Below, in pieces: positions 8,802 to 23,800 of a stretch of DNA of 64,000 bases; position 1 is the stretch's first letter; each line of letters begins with the position of its first letter. Below the pieces are notes generated by a model. The model searched no databases and was not told the DNA's origin. It worked only from the letters and a program-made list of their open reading frames with translations. A program made the translations under genes and the position numbers. Source of the stretch: Owenia fusiformis (lineage: Eukaryota); the NCBI GenBank assembly GCA_903813345.2, contig CAIIXF020000001.1, positions 47,306,001 to 47,370,000 of the forward strand, given 5' to 3'.

Positions 8802-11800
8802 TCACACAAACGCTCCATGAAGTCCATATGGAAAATCGTAAGGAATAGTTGCCCTCCCAAGTTCTTTAAAGGATTCCCCATCCAATACCAAGAGGAATGT
8901 AGACTTGTCCTTGCTTGGGCTCAAGACCAGAGATAGCACAACACCTATAACGAAATCAATAAACAAAGGCCTTAGTCTGTTATCAAATAAACCCGCTGTC
9001 ACATTTGCAATACCAAAAGGAGTATGAGAGCTATGATATATTCATAGGTTGTGGGCCAATAAAAAGATGGCAGAGAGGTAGAATTCTATTAACAACGTAT
9101 AAATAAACACAGAACGATTGGTCTGTCTTCTAAAAATCATTTATAGGAAAATGTGACAAGTATAAACACGATAAGTGTAAAAGTACTATTCAATAAGAAA
9201 ACTCAACACCAGATGGCTATAGCTAGAAGAGCATACCTTCATCCTCTTTCAATGCATCGGGAGCAGGGACAAAAATGGGCTCTGATGGATAGCAATCGTC
9301 TTCTTGCCATTCCTAATAAATGAAATATTTATTGTACTTCTGACATTAATATTTTGTGTTTTTTGTATGATTTTTTAATTTTGTAGCTGGTGGTTGTTTT
9401 TCATTTATTGTCAATCAATTTCGCCGATTTTGGGATTATTAAAATTAGTTTTGTATTCAGTTATAAGTATTTTTGGTATTATTTGATAGTTTGCTCGGAT
9501 TATATTTCAATATAACTCTTTTGACATACATTTGACATTAAAGAGGGAAATTTGTATAATGATTGATGTAATCACCTGTATAATCTGTATAGACGTGTCG
9601 CAAAAAGCTCGCGCACGCATTGTTACACATTTTGTGGCGTAATCCAGAGGATCCTCGCTTTTAACATGATAAAATGTGACGTTTTTGAGAAAAATGATCA
9701 TCACTTATGGAAATCCTTTCGTCCTCCACATTTGCCTCTATATCTCAAAATATTTAAGGCGAATAAATCTGATATTGTATATGTATTAACAATGGGTTAG
9801 GAGCATCATAAAACACGAATCAATTGATATTTTAGGTGAAATAAATATACGTGTTGCTGTGCTTGAAAATAGGCGAATGGCGTAAATTAGCCCTATTTTA
9901 ATGAATTTTGAAAACCTTTCGTCCTCCCCTTTTCCACATACAACAGAAAACACATACTTTTGTGAACAAAATCAACTTTTTATTAATAAACTAGAGTTTA
10001 GGAGCAAAATAATCATGTATGATTTATTAAAAATTGATCTCGTATTTTTTGTTTTATGTACACCTGAAAAGTTGAAGGTACCAAAAAATGAGCAAAAAAG
10101 GTCGCTGTTAACAGATTCTATTTTTCAGACTCTATGACGTCACAATATGGGACGCTTACTAAAATTCATCCATTGAAATAAAACTTCCATCTACCTTTAT
10201 CAAGACGAAAAATAAGTATAATAGTCATATATTGTTTGAGTTATGAGCGTTTAAAGACGAAAAATAATTCAAAATGTAACGTGTCAACATGGGATATTTG
10301 CCAGATGTTTTGGTAAAAAACTCATTTTTAAAAACGAACGCGCAAAAAATGTGAACGGAGTGTAGTTGATCTAAAATCTTCATCGAAACAGCTTTAAAAT
10401 GATATATAACTTTAATAAGAATATTATCTTATAATCCGGGGAATCAAAGTTACATTCACGCGATACCCTTAAAAAACAAATGCGCCGCCTTTTTGCGACA
10501 CGTCATAGCGATTTGCCAAAATGTGATGTATAATTGGCTAATAGCTATGTGTGAAGTGCATATTGCATGCTTCGTACTATGAAGCAAATTATTAATTAAT
10601 ATTAAACCAATATAAGGGCAATAATACAAAATTGAACATTTACATAATTTTCATATTCCCACCTGCGTCGTCTTATTCTGAACATCCAGCTTTATGATTC
10701 TGTCTGCGGGGATGCTGAACCTCGCCCCATAGCTGTACCTATATGGCCTCCCATTATAGAAGTTGTAGTTCATTGTAGGAAAGTCAAATCCTATGCCGGG
10801 AGATTCGTCCTCCTCGTGTAGAGGCTCATATGTCAAGTGAATACAACCATCATTCTTCAATGTCGCGGTAGCTGTAAATCAAACATTTTACTTTTTACGT
10901 CAAATGAATTGTATTCATAAAACTTTGAACAGAGGGCGTGTGTTGAATTAGCCTACCTTCAATTAAGTTTATTGAATAATAGAAGTTATGTTTTAGTTTT
11001 TACATGTTAAAGTTCCCAATGTTCCCAAATATTATTGTCTTCAGGTATAGTCCGGTTTAGTATTCACATCACAGTCAATATCCTAGATGCGAGTAGAAAT
11101 AATCTTGATTTACGTCGTTAAAAATTAAATATTCAGTCAAACTGATGTCATATTTGGAATCTACATGTAAAATTATGTCTAGAAATATGGCTTTGAAAAG
11201 AGTTTATCAACTTAGAAAATTTAATTTTCTTTGAAAATGTGACTTTTAAGTCGGGGAGATTCCCCATAGCCCCCATGTTGTAAAATCACAAAAATGAAAA
11301 TATATTTTCTTGTGTTGGGCAGATAATATTTTCTTTTACTGGACATATTTTAATTTGTATAACTATCAGATACATAAGGGTAATATGAAAAGTGAACCAC
11401 TAAAACTGATGAATATTCAAGTTTAAGGGAATTTTGTAATACCCTGCCGTGTTATTTCCCCCGAATCAGCCACCTGGTGGCGAATCTGGTAACTACTTAC
11501 TCGCATCTGAGTAATTAAGCCTGAATAATAAGCTGAATAAGACCACAATAAATGTTTGGGAGCCAAAATAATACGACAATGTTGCAATTATCACGAAAAT
11601 TATGGAGCTGTCACACTTCGGCCGTGTGCACTCAACGTTCGCCACTATATGAAATACTTTTGGTGCACGGTGAGCAAATCAAATAGCTTTACGGCAAATT
11701 ATTAACCATGACATCAAATACAAAAAAATAATGAAAAAGAATTAATGCCAAAATAAGCCACATGTGGCGAACAGAACTCAGCCATTTTTATCAGAATGTG

Positions 11801-14800
11801 TTTACAGCCAAATAAAATATCATAAAAAGAAATTGAGACAATGAAGAACTTGGAAACGGTGAATTAAATGCGTTATGTTACCATTCTCTATATTTTTCGA
11901 CTTATTAAGTTTATTAGTTTCAAGTCATGAATATCAAAATATTTCGAATGAAATGTAGTTGAAATGCTACTGTACCGGAAGTAAAGCCATCCTCTAGTTT
12001 AACGAGATTCACATTTCTAGGACCATCTTTAGCTATATCTAGTGGTAATACAAATCTCCTCGGATGTGTTAATTGGTCGCTTGTGAATTGTTCATCCAGA
12101 TCTTTAGAATCAATCAACTAAAGCAAAGGTTTACATCAGATTGATTATGTAAGACCATTCAAAGTTGTTTAATCTAGGATGATCTTGATCTTGGGTTTCG
12201 TCATATTATTCTCAATCCAAGAATTCCCTCCACTTCGATATTTTTCTATTTGTATCATAACTAAAACATGTTATTTATATTCATGTATTAAAACATTCTG
12301 TAAGTTGTTTTATACATTAAGGGCATCAACGCAACAAAGCTTTGAAACCTTGTTGAAGTTGAGTGAGGAATAGGGAGGTTAAATTACACGTTTTTCAAAC
12401 GTGTACGTGACGTGTAGTATTGTGGTCTTCTATGGATTAGTTCTCCCATTGTAATGTTCCTCTTGGCCGATTGAGTATAAAGGTATACGGAAAATAATCA
12501 TAATTAGGTTCCCGGTTCCAAGGAGACAGTCAATTGACAACGGGACAGTGATAATCGGGGATCGAACTACTACACGCTCGCGTACAGTTTGTCCTCTTCA
12601 TAAAGGGATTAAGAACTTTATGCTCAATCGGAAAAGTAAATACTACGAAACAGAGAACTCATCCCTAGAGAACCACACTTCTACACGTTCACGTACAAGT
12701 CCCCTTAACCCTACTATCACACCAAACTAGTTCTCACTACGTTCTCGAAAACGGGCTTAAACGAATGGATTTGACCTACTAAGAACCCACTAAGAACCGT
12801 TTGGGATCTGTTTACAAACTTCATGAAACTACTAGAACGAGTAGGTCCTCCAAAACTTTTCTGGTGATCGTCAAAACGTTGCCGAATCGGTTTTAAAATG
12901 TGTGCGAACTGAATGAACGTAGCTACAACGTTCTGCGGTCTGTTCACGAACTTCATGGACTTTCTCGGACGAGGAATGTGATTTAGAATTTTGAATCGAT
13001 TCAAAATTCGATGGCGACCCAGGCCCGTAGCCAGGGGGGGTTCGCAGGGTTCGGGCGAACCCCCCCCCCTGGCCAAAAATTCTTTCAAAATCATGCAGTT
13101 TTTGACCATTTTGAGCACTTCTCAAGTGATTTTAGCCTAATTTGGGCCAAAATTTGGGCCAAAATTGTCAAATGTGAACCCCCCCTGGGAATTTTTGAAA
13201 ATTGAACCCCCCCTTGGCAAATCCTGGCTACGGGCCTGCGACCATACCGTTCTGTAATCAGGTCATGATGACCTTCTAGACTAAGGGACGCGTTATTGGA
13301 CGTTGCACACCGTACAGGTATTCACTTTTTCGATTGAGCATAAAGGTACGAGGTATTTTAATTGTAATAAGGTCCCCGGAAGATAGGGGAGAGTAATGCT
13401 ACGAGTGTTCTACTTTTGATAACATTGTGGATGGAAAGGTGCTCACTCGGCCGAGCCCACCCTTGCACCCGGCAGACATATCAATTATTTAGAGGAAATG
13501 CATCAAAGTTTTAGAAAGTTTCTCCATCGAGAAATTGGAGCAATTTTAGCTTCACATACGTTTTTCCAAACTGTTAATAACGTATAGCATGTGCATAATG
13601 CACCACTATGATCTATCATGATATTTCGGTATAATGTGACCAGAAATGCATGTACATGTACCTTCCCAAGACTGCGCAAATATAACCTATCGTATTGGGC
13701 CCCGCCATCAGAAGCACACACGTCTACTATAACATGATCGTCCTTTTCATAGGCATTCATGGAATGGAAGTTCACAAATGGTTTAGTGACATACTTTAGC
13801 GATCGCACTTCTCCTAAAATGCAATAGTTACACGTTTGGAGCTATGTATATCTTACACTGTCCATCCTTCAAATATTTTCGGAAAATGAAAACATCCTTA
13901 CAACAACGCATGTATCTATCATTTTCTGAAACCGCCACTCGACGATTACTTTTGCGTTCAGTGTTAAATAGGTTTTGATATGACTCTCATTCATCGAGAT
14001 ACGATCAAGACTATTATAAATATTCACCTGTTCTTTTATCACAAATGTGAAATATCGACTTGAGACTAGGGTCGAATTCCATTAACTCATCAATGCCCTT
14101 TTTGTTGAAGTTTCGTGTAAGAAGTCCTAATGGACTAAATCTATAAGGCTGTTCGTGAAAGATAATGTAGTTTACGGTCATTGAGAAACTGTAAAAGACC
14201 AAAATTACATGTACCAATTATGTAGCCAAGTGAACAGAATCAAGGCAGGAAATGAATTATATGATTATTATATATGATTAATATATATAATATGTATACT
14301 TTTTGATCAATCAGTCAGCAAACTATTGCGGATCATATCTGGAGATTTTTAACGGGGTTATAGATGTAAAATAGTGGTTCACTATAAGTTTTATTGTTTT
14401 ACTGTTTCAAGGTATTCACACTACTATACCTAACACCTAGAAATGCATAAGACACTTTGTTTGTCTAATTGGATTGTTTAGTATATTTTTGAAAGTACCT
14501 TATCAACATCTAACTTTCAACCGATAAACCATTAATAAGGAACAGACAAATAAAAACAAATATATAATCATTACTAATAAGCCAAATAGGTTGCTCATGG
14601 AAGCCAAATGCAAGGTATAGTAGAGTGTATTTGCTACCTGTGATAGTAAGCAGGTCTCCTACTATTTTCCATGGGAATGGTATGTAGGATTTCGGCTCCT
14701 TCAACTGGATCGGCTTTGTTTGCTCCAGGGGATATCTTTATCACGTGGTAACATCCTGATTTCATGTTCGTACCTAAGTTGTAATAAGTGCCATCGGGGT

Positions 14801-17800
14801 CAGTATGGGGGTGAGTTGCGACAACGTTGACTGCTACCAATTGGGAAATGTCAACCTAAAAACGGGTCATGGTTTAGTACCTAATCAGGGGTAATGGTGT
14901 GTTATATATCTTTTATATATATATTCATATATGAGTTAGTTATTTTCAAAAGGTGGAGTGAAGTGTAGTACCTAGTTTGGTCAATAGAGGGAACTATTAT
15001 CTGTCCCCGGGAAAGTTTCCCCGGGAATGTTACTCCAACTGAGTAATACAGTCAGTAAATTGGCTTAAACTACTATACAATTTCAATCCCAGAACTTGTT
15101 GTATTATGCATGAGTTCTATGTGCAGGATTGGATAGCTTTTACCAACACGTGTCACTCGTCGGGCGAGGTGTACCGTGATGAGTTGCACATTCAATATCG
15201 CAATTATTTGGCCTTTTCGAATTAACAACTTAGACCACACTGGAGGATCCAGAAGAAAATTTAACCCCCATTCTTTGAAAATTTGGCCTAGGTTGTCAAA
15301 TCATTCCCAAAAAGGCTCGGTTTTTATGAGGCCCTAAAATGGATCTGGATCCGCCAGTGGACCATGTATGATTACAAAAATAGGCGTATAAACACGGTGA
15401 ACAATCGTAGAACTACTGATATGCCCGTCATTCAATGATTTACGTGTACGCTATGAACAACTTCCATTGTGTGTTTCATTTGGACGCATCCCGCTCTATA
15501 CGTATACTTGAAGTATTGCCGCCCTTAAACTTAATGAGAATGACGTATACCGTTTGCATAGCGTCCCGAAGGCGATGATAGAGAAGGCGTGGCTTTCCAA
15601 GGCAGGGAAGCACAATTTTACAAATGTAAATCCTTTACAAAGTTCAAAACACAGCGCGTATTTAATTAATTTCGCTATACATTTTCATTTAGTTAAGGTA
15701 CTGAAAAACAGTTAAAAGATCAGCAAAACATGCAGAGAAAATACAAAGGAAATATTCATTTACACGGAGTTTCAATCTCCTTTATGGCATAGTTGAATGA
15801 AACATTTGGAAACTAAAAAACGAACTGTAACGTATAGAACGTTTAAAGGAAATGGCGAAATATTTTCCTCATACTAACAACATACAGTTTGGACGATATG
15901 AAATAGATAGCAACTTAACATAATTCGGCGCATCATTGAAAAACGTATACCGTCCTTCATAACAGATTTGAATCAGACTTTTGGGAAGTGATATGCATTT
16001 GACTGACATAATATATAGATAATATTACAGACGCTTTCATGATTTTAAATAGCTACACATACAGCAAACATTTGTTTAAAATAAGATTTAAGAAGAATGG
16101 ATAAGCCTTCTAATGGTGTGCTGATAATATTGTTTTGGTTCTGGTAAAATGGAGATAAAAGTATTTCTAATAAATAGCTTAATCTTTCAATCGCTCCCTG
16201 CTTTTGAAGAGTGCCCCGTTGCTTACGAATCCCTATGTTGGTGGGGAATGAATACAGAGTTGACATTTTTAAATTAATGTTTATATGGATGCTCTTAAAC
16301 CTGGCAGTGACAAATAAATACAAATGGATGATGCTTTTTAGAATGACAGTTAAGTTGACCGTATACGAATGACCCCTCCAATTGCACAAATGTGATGTAT
16401 TGCTTTGAAATACGACCTTATTGCGCCCTTATTGAAAATGTTAAACTTATGGTTAACGGTAAACGCATCCCTGCTTGGGACGTTTGATCTGTAGTCGTGT
16501 GAAAGACCTTCAGGAGACAATTTTCAGAATAAGGTGCATGTTACATCCAGGCCTTTCTCATTTTCTAACTGTCCATAAAACACCAAACACATGGTGGATC
16601 TTAGCTGAAGAGTTTACAAAAAGGTTAAACAGCCGTAGTTTATATTTAATTATTGACGGGTCAATTCAATTTGATCTTTTGTAAGAAATGGAATAGGTTG
16701 AATTATAATCTACATTATTACCACCTTGCAGGGCCTGTTCTATGGGTTTTAGTACTAGTTGAGAAGGCATTTAAATTGCTATATTGACGTGAGCAATATT
16801 GTGTCGGGTGTTAATGACTTTAGTCGGGCAATAATGACATTATCCGCCCGGCTATGTTTCCCGAAAAAGTGATATCGTTCAGTGCGTAAGATTTTCTATT
16901 TCAAATTTGCTATTTCAGCCCTGGGCATTAACGGTGGTAATAATAGTAATAACGTCATTTCTGCGGGCAAGATAGTGAAATATTGGACCTTGGGCCCTTG
17001 GTCCAATATTTCACTATATTGCCCTTTGAAATGACGTTATTGTACTAGTGTCATACATACATTATTTTACCACTTTTCTCAGCCGTCCCTTAATATGTCT
17101 CCTTCTTTTTTCAACATATTCCTTGTAAAAAGTATCTAATTTCAAAGGCAAGACGTCGTCTTTTGATTACTTTTACTGATTTTGACATTCAAAGTAAGGA
17201 CACTGAAAAGCCGAGGTCCAAATCTAGGTCTTTACGGGGTTCTCTAAATTTAACGCGTGGGTTATGAAAAAGGTGTACAATCTTTTCAGAAATCCTAATC
17301 TGAAATCAGAATTGAAATCTGAATTCCGTTTTAGATTCTATGGTGCTTTGCATTTCGAAAAACCAATATGATGATAACCAAATATTACTTTATGGGTTAA
17401 GTCAGTTACGTAATCAGCTACCTACTAACGTACTTACTCACCAATCGACTCAACTAAAAAACGATTATAATATGAATAATTAGTTACGTATAAAACAAAT
17501 ATTTGGTGAACGTACAGCTTTATTTGATACATACTCTTTGGCATGGAGAGAAATAGCATATTTAGTGTACTATAGTAAGATCACTGCTACCCACCTAGTT
17601 ACACAGACGTATCGTCAGTGTATCATGGCGGGACTACTTCTGGGACTAGGTTTCGGTAAGATTTTTTATTTCCCGATTTACACCTACTTATAAGTCACGT
17701 TGCGGATAATAATTTGGCTCGAAGTTAAGGAAGGTCTAGTTTGAGAATGTGAAAAAAATATGAAATCAAATTACATTTTCAACTTGATACGGCTGATACG

Positions 17801-20800
17801 GGATCGAATATGGTTTGTTACGGAACTTTGGATGAATGGGATCTTTTACGGGATTCTTTGAATATAAATTCTATTCTCTGCCTATTTCCCAGGGAGAACG
17901 TGTTATTATGCAATAAGGAAATATATACGAGTTGACGATCGAGCGAGCGTAAAAAATGAGTACAGATATTGATATCAGTGAGTCAATTAAAAATGGTATC
18001 AGGAAATATTATATTCACATGTTATCATACAGATTTTACAAGATCATACAATATATTGTAACGTTTTATATACAGTTGTTGTTCAAGCCTATTGTCTTTG
18101 CTTTTTTATTGTTTTGAATTACGAGATACTTTTAGCATTTCATGCCGATCTTTCTTATTGACGTACATTCAAAATACATGTACTTTGAAGTATTTAACAC
18201 GTTGATACATTGTACCGTTTTACGCTATTTTAGTATTTGGTTGAATTTCTTTTATATTGCGTTAAATAGTATTTTGCACTGCAATATATTAGATGTAATG
18301 AATTTGTTATTGGGTACTTTTTTATATTCTCTCGGGTTGCCTTTTATTTAGCCTATGTGTTACTGTACAACAACATGTTATTATAATTTGTTTTTAAATT
18401 ATTGTAACTGAACGAGATACACTATTCTCCATAAACTTAGCATCCTTAGCTCCCCCATTGAACTACGTGTTAAAGCATCTTTACTTAACTTGCGATGAAA
18501 ATACTTATTACTATTGATGAAAACGTAATATGACTTTATTTCCAATATCTCCAAATCTCCAAAAGTTTTTCCTTCAATTACAATAGGTCGAAAATTGGTG
18601 ATAAAGATGAATTTTTGAAAATCGTCATTCCCATGTAAACCAATGGAAAATTGTGGGTTCGGGGCAAATCAGATATCAATTATGTAAAAGATTAAAATAT
18701 TTTTACATAGAAAATAGAATTCTCTAATATTTTCATTCACTAAGTCTTGGTTTTACTTGATGAATACAAAAGTTGCAGAGCGTCAAAGTCATTTTTGAAA
18801 ATCATTTTCGCCTCTTGTGTTATTTCAATAGGAGATGTTTTGAAAAAACAATTTTGACTTTAAACACCTATAACTTTGTGGAACCTGAAGAAACGTACCA
18901 ATTTTTGTAAAATAAGTTGCAAATTCAGTTGCCTACCTAACTTGTATATTTTTGCAAGGACTCGGATGACTGTTTTTTTCTCGTATGACTTGCGACATGT
19001 CGATCTTCAAAAAGTCATCAAAATCATTAATTTTCGACCTATTATAATTGAGGAAAAAATTAAGAAAATTTGGAGGAATCGGAAATAAGCTCAAATTACT
19101 TTTCCATCGATAATATGTATTTTCTTCGCAGATTAAGTAAATAAAAAGGTAAAGAGGCTTTAACACGTTGTTCAATGGGGGAGCAAAGGTTGCCAAACTT
19201 ATGGAGGGGAGTGTACCATCGTTTTATAAAAGGTGGTTGTAAACGGTAACCCCGACACTGTTTTCCTCACACCTTAGCAAGTTGCTCACTCATATTTTGT
19301 GTACACCATTCAAATTCCTACCGGCCTATTGTATTTCACGACCATCAAACTAATAGTCATAATGTTACAGCACTTTAAACAAAAAATAGAGTATACAAGC
19401 TTGAACTCAGGACAATTGATAACCTCAGAACAGAGATCATATCATCAGGCCACGCGTGCTGATGAATGAAGTTGGGTCGTTGAAAAGGTTGGGCGACATA
19501 GTGCTGTAACATAATTATGATTATTAGTCTGATGGTCATGAAATACGGTACACTGCTAGACTGGTAGCAAATTGAATGGTGTACAAATGTGCAAAATACG
19601 AGCAAAAATATGACGAAAATGCAGAAGTGCCGTTTCACCAAACTGTAATGTATTGTGTCATATTGACTATAGTGTACAATAATATTGATTTTTGTTTTTT
19701 AATTTTGCATCGCATTACGTTAAAATACAATTCCCTCTATTAGTTTGGAAGATAATTGTGCATCACTTATTAGAAAAGCACAAAATAAAATCTTTCATCA
19801 GTAACGATAACATATAAATCATGCAACGAAAATACATACCAAACCTTTGAGGGCTAGTCATTAGTGATAGGCATTTGTTTGCATTAATTTTAGCGCATAT
19901 TATCGCAATTATGTAAGGTATGTACCCGGGGGTATGTATCGCAATGTAGTACTACTGATTGTTCAAGTCAAATGCACAGGATTGCGTTATGTTGTACCAT
20001 TTTACGATATTGTTTTTTTGCATTATATCGCTTTTTGTATAAGACTGTTTTATCTTAATGTTATTTTGTATTTTAAATACATGTTTCTTTATTTTGCAAT
20101 AAAACAACGTTCTTTGTTCGTGATTTGCATGTTTAACAAGTATGTCAAATACGTTCTATGTCAAATACGTTCAACAATCATTTAAGTATCTCGCTACTAA
20201 GGTAAAGGTAATATATGTTCAAACTGCGAGAGAAAATTACTCACTTTGATTACCGATTGAAATTGTAACTTGACAACGGATTAGGGATTATCATTTGTCA
20301 TTGTCTTCGTCCTTTTTAAATTAAGGATCCATTGTCTGGAAGACGGCATATGTGGCCGTATCTGGATTTGCCACTTCAAATCATTCAATAACGTTTTTAT
20401 CGTGTGATCCTCTGTATTGCTACTGAGATTGTCCCTTCGCACCAATATTTTCTGTATTGCGACGGAGATGATCAACGGGGACAATCTCAGTAACAATACA
20501 GATTGGTACAGCACAAGAACTGACCATTACATTTACATTGGGCTGAAATATCCATATTTACTCACCATTTACAAAAATATTATTCGTCTGATCGCCTAAT
20601 AATCCTATACCGAGTATCGCATTTAGTATCAATGACCAGGGTTGGTCTGACAAATCATTTTGGACATTTATATATTTCCTAACCACAAAATCAACATCTC
20701 TAACCTACAATTACGTTTCTCTTATTTATGTCTCCGGGATAGTGATCAAATCGACTTTCCAAAATCGCTTGGCAGCGGCGATTTCTAAAACTTTATACCT

Positions 20801-23800
20801 TTGCAAAGTAATCTAAAATGACCAATTCATTGACATGCAAAATGTCAGCTACAACCTACCATTTGTTACACACCATGACCGCTGAACGCCGATAATCACC
20901 GACAGCCGAAGGAGAATGCCATCCATAAAAAGTTAGAGATGGTTCACTCGATGGTTTCAAAAGTGTTTTGGTTTTGAAAACTGTCCATTATATCTAGTTA
21001 TTGATATGAATTATATTTTTCCACAACCATGGGGTATTTATAGGATATCCTATGATTTTGAGGAATATCATTTTTATCTACGAGGTGATATTGGTATCTG
21101 CACGAGAGAGCAAAGAGAATGAGTGCATATATCACCGAGTAGATTAAAATGATATTCGGAAAAAATCATAGGATGTTCTTATTATCCTTCACAAGGAGTG
21201 TACAAAATGCATAATACCATTGCAAAATGAATTCCATGCCAAATAGAATCAATTTGGCGGGAAATCAACAAGCGGAGTATATCGTCACACTATCCTCCGC
21301 ATATTGGGTTTCTGGAGTATATCGTGGCAATATCCTCCAGTTCAATATCTCTAACATCATGGAACGATTTCCACAAAAATCTATCCCCCGATCTATCCTA
21401 ACGTTTTTGCATTGTTATTATTTCATTATTACCGTCATATTCATAGCGTATCATGTCAAAATAAAACTTAATCACTTATTCACCACATATTGTTTTTGCA
21501 ACTGGAGTCAAAACGACGCTGGTAGATGTTTGAGACACGTTAGTAAATTACGAATAATCTATTTATAAACAATCACATTAAGTTGTAAAATATCCTATGT
21601 TAAACCTAAGTCACATTTGTCGTTTGTCATACGACAGGTGACATCGGCAGCAGATCGCAGAAACTGGAACGAACGTTTGCCACAAGGACACCCTGCATTT
21701 GCCTTCGTATCTGGGGAAAATACACACTTCAAGTTGACACAGTACGGTGATCGCGAATCGCGATTGAAAGGTCATCACGGAAACCATGGTTTAATATCAA
21801 CATGCATTCAAAATGTACAATATGTAAAATATTATATTTTCAAATTGATTAACTCTTCATCCTTGGGTTAACTCAACATTATATAATGGGCATCCAGCTG
21901 CCCATGATCATATTCAGTTATCATTATTACATCTCTTTATTTCCCATTTAGCATGGAATAGAAATAGGATAATTGAATACAAATAGAAGTGGAAATAATC
22001 CAATTTGAATGTGATCTCTCAATTCAAATAAAAACGGAGGAGATTTTTGACTGTATTGGTAAAATTGTTATATCCGACGGGCGTACAGTGGCAGAATGAA
22101 CTAGCTCAAACTCGTGTTAAATCCATCATTTGCATGACAGGGAACAATATTTCACCGGCTGGACTGTCCAGTGAATTCATTTATAAAGTTCACTATCCAC
22201 GCAGAGCAAGCAAGCGTTTTAAATTTTACAGTTTTATGGTTTGTCAATCCTTATCCTATATATTCACATAACAAATGTTTACAAAATGTGTGTTTTCAAA
22301 CCGACCACTCATCCATAACTCAAGTATTGGCGTCTATATTTGTTTCGATTGTTATAAGCTAACTAGCCGCACAAACTACTCAGCTTGATTACATTTTCTT
22401 TCATATAGATTTGTACAAAGGCAAAAAATAATTAGGTGTATTCCCAGGTATACATTCACCAATCAGAAATTATAAATATTCAAAGTAGGACATGCACGAT
22501 GGGATTGGAAGGTACAAAGCGTATAGTTACATTCCCGGGGAAAATCCTCCCGGGGACAGATTAATGTTCCCTCTATTGACCAAACTAGGTACTATTACTT
22601 CACTCCACCTTTTGAAAATAACTAACTCATATATATATCTTTTATTGACTCTTTAGATGTCATGACCTGACATATTAGTCATTACAAAATGAAATTTCAC
22701 AAAACTACACTACACTACACTAATATATACAATTTATACAAAAAACTTGTTATTTACATATGTTATAATATACTTTAGGTGTGATGCATCCAAAATGTTA
22801 ATCTCCAGGCAAGTTTAAGTTTTTGAATGATTTTGTAATAAAACTTCCAACTTGCTTTTGCACATATTTATCTTTTGAAGATATTAACATAATGAATGTA
22901 TTTTCAGGATCATGTTGATCAACATTAATTTTGCTAGTGATGTTGTCAAACAATATTTTTCTATTTTCTCTATGTAAATGGCATTTTATCATGAAATGAA
23001 CCTCATCTTCTATTTTCCCACAAAAGTTACATAATCTTTCATATTCAGGTTTTGGCCGTGGTTTTACATGTCTACCCAGTTCTATTTGTAATTTATGTGA
23101 ACTTAATCTCAGTTGTGAAATTGACTGCCTGTGATTTTTGTTTTCAAGGCTTAAATATTGTTCTCTTTCAAAAGTTGTTTTGAATTTAATGTATGTTCTT
23201 AAAACTGGGTATAATTGTAAATCACACTTCCATTTCTCCTTATAATTTTGGTACAATATTTTAGTTAGGTTCTTTTTAAATACATAGTCATCCTCAACAA
23301 CTTGTTCATTCCAAGTGCTTTGGAGATTACAATCTTTTAAAATATTATGAACCTTACTTGACCAAGTATTTTTAAATCCTAAACTGTACATTTCATAATC
23401 ATATAGATATGCTTTATAAAGGAGGTTATCTGGACAAAGTTGTATAAGCCGTATCCAATATTTAATAAGATGAATATCAAAGCACAAACTAAGTGGAAAA
23501 CGACCCAGCTCTCCATAGACTGCTAGGGTTGCAGTTGATGTTTTCACACCAAGGATGCTTTTTAAAAAGGACAGGTGAATAGTTTCAAGTGACTTGATAT
23601 GTTTTTTACTTGACCATATTTCTGAACCATACATCAAAATTGGTTGGACAAGTGAATCAAATAAATGTAAGGCAACGGGTATGGGAATGTCATTAAACTT
23701 GTGATATTGTTGCTTTATTTTGAATAAAGCTTTTCTAGATTGTTCTTTAAGATAGCATATTTGTTTATCAAAATTATTTTTACTGTTGAAGATACACCCT

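Larger units (their letters stand above)
14933..22628. mobile_element. 7.7-kb TIR element (GAG...CTC termini, ATAT TSD; Sola-like) with no recognisable transposase and several nested MITEs
   Basis: About 100-bp inverted repeats: GAGTTAGTTATTTTCAAAAGGTGGAGTGAAGT...CCCCGGG at 14933-15035 and its reverse complement at 22525-22628, flanked by atat/atat. The superfamily assignment rests on the termini only. Confidence 0.7.

Noticed and set aside
19375..19641. 88-aa ORF with a signal-peptide-like hydrophobic start
   Set aside because: It starts at a non-ATG codon and overlaps one arm of an inverted repeat. AT-rich DNA readily gives hydrophobic ORFs.
20281..20599. ORFs sharing LLLRLS/DNLS motifs on both strands
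   Set aside because: They are explained by a small hairpin (ctgagattgtccc / gggacaatctcag) at about 20414-20500.
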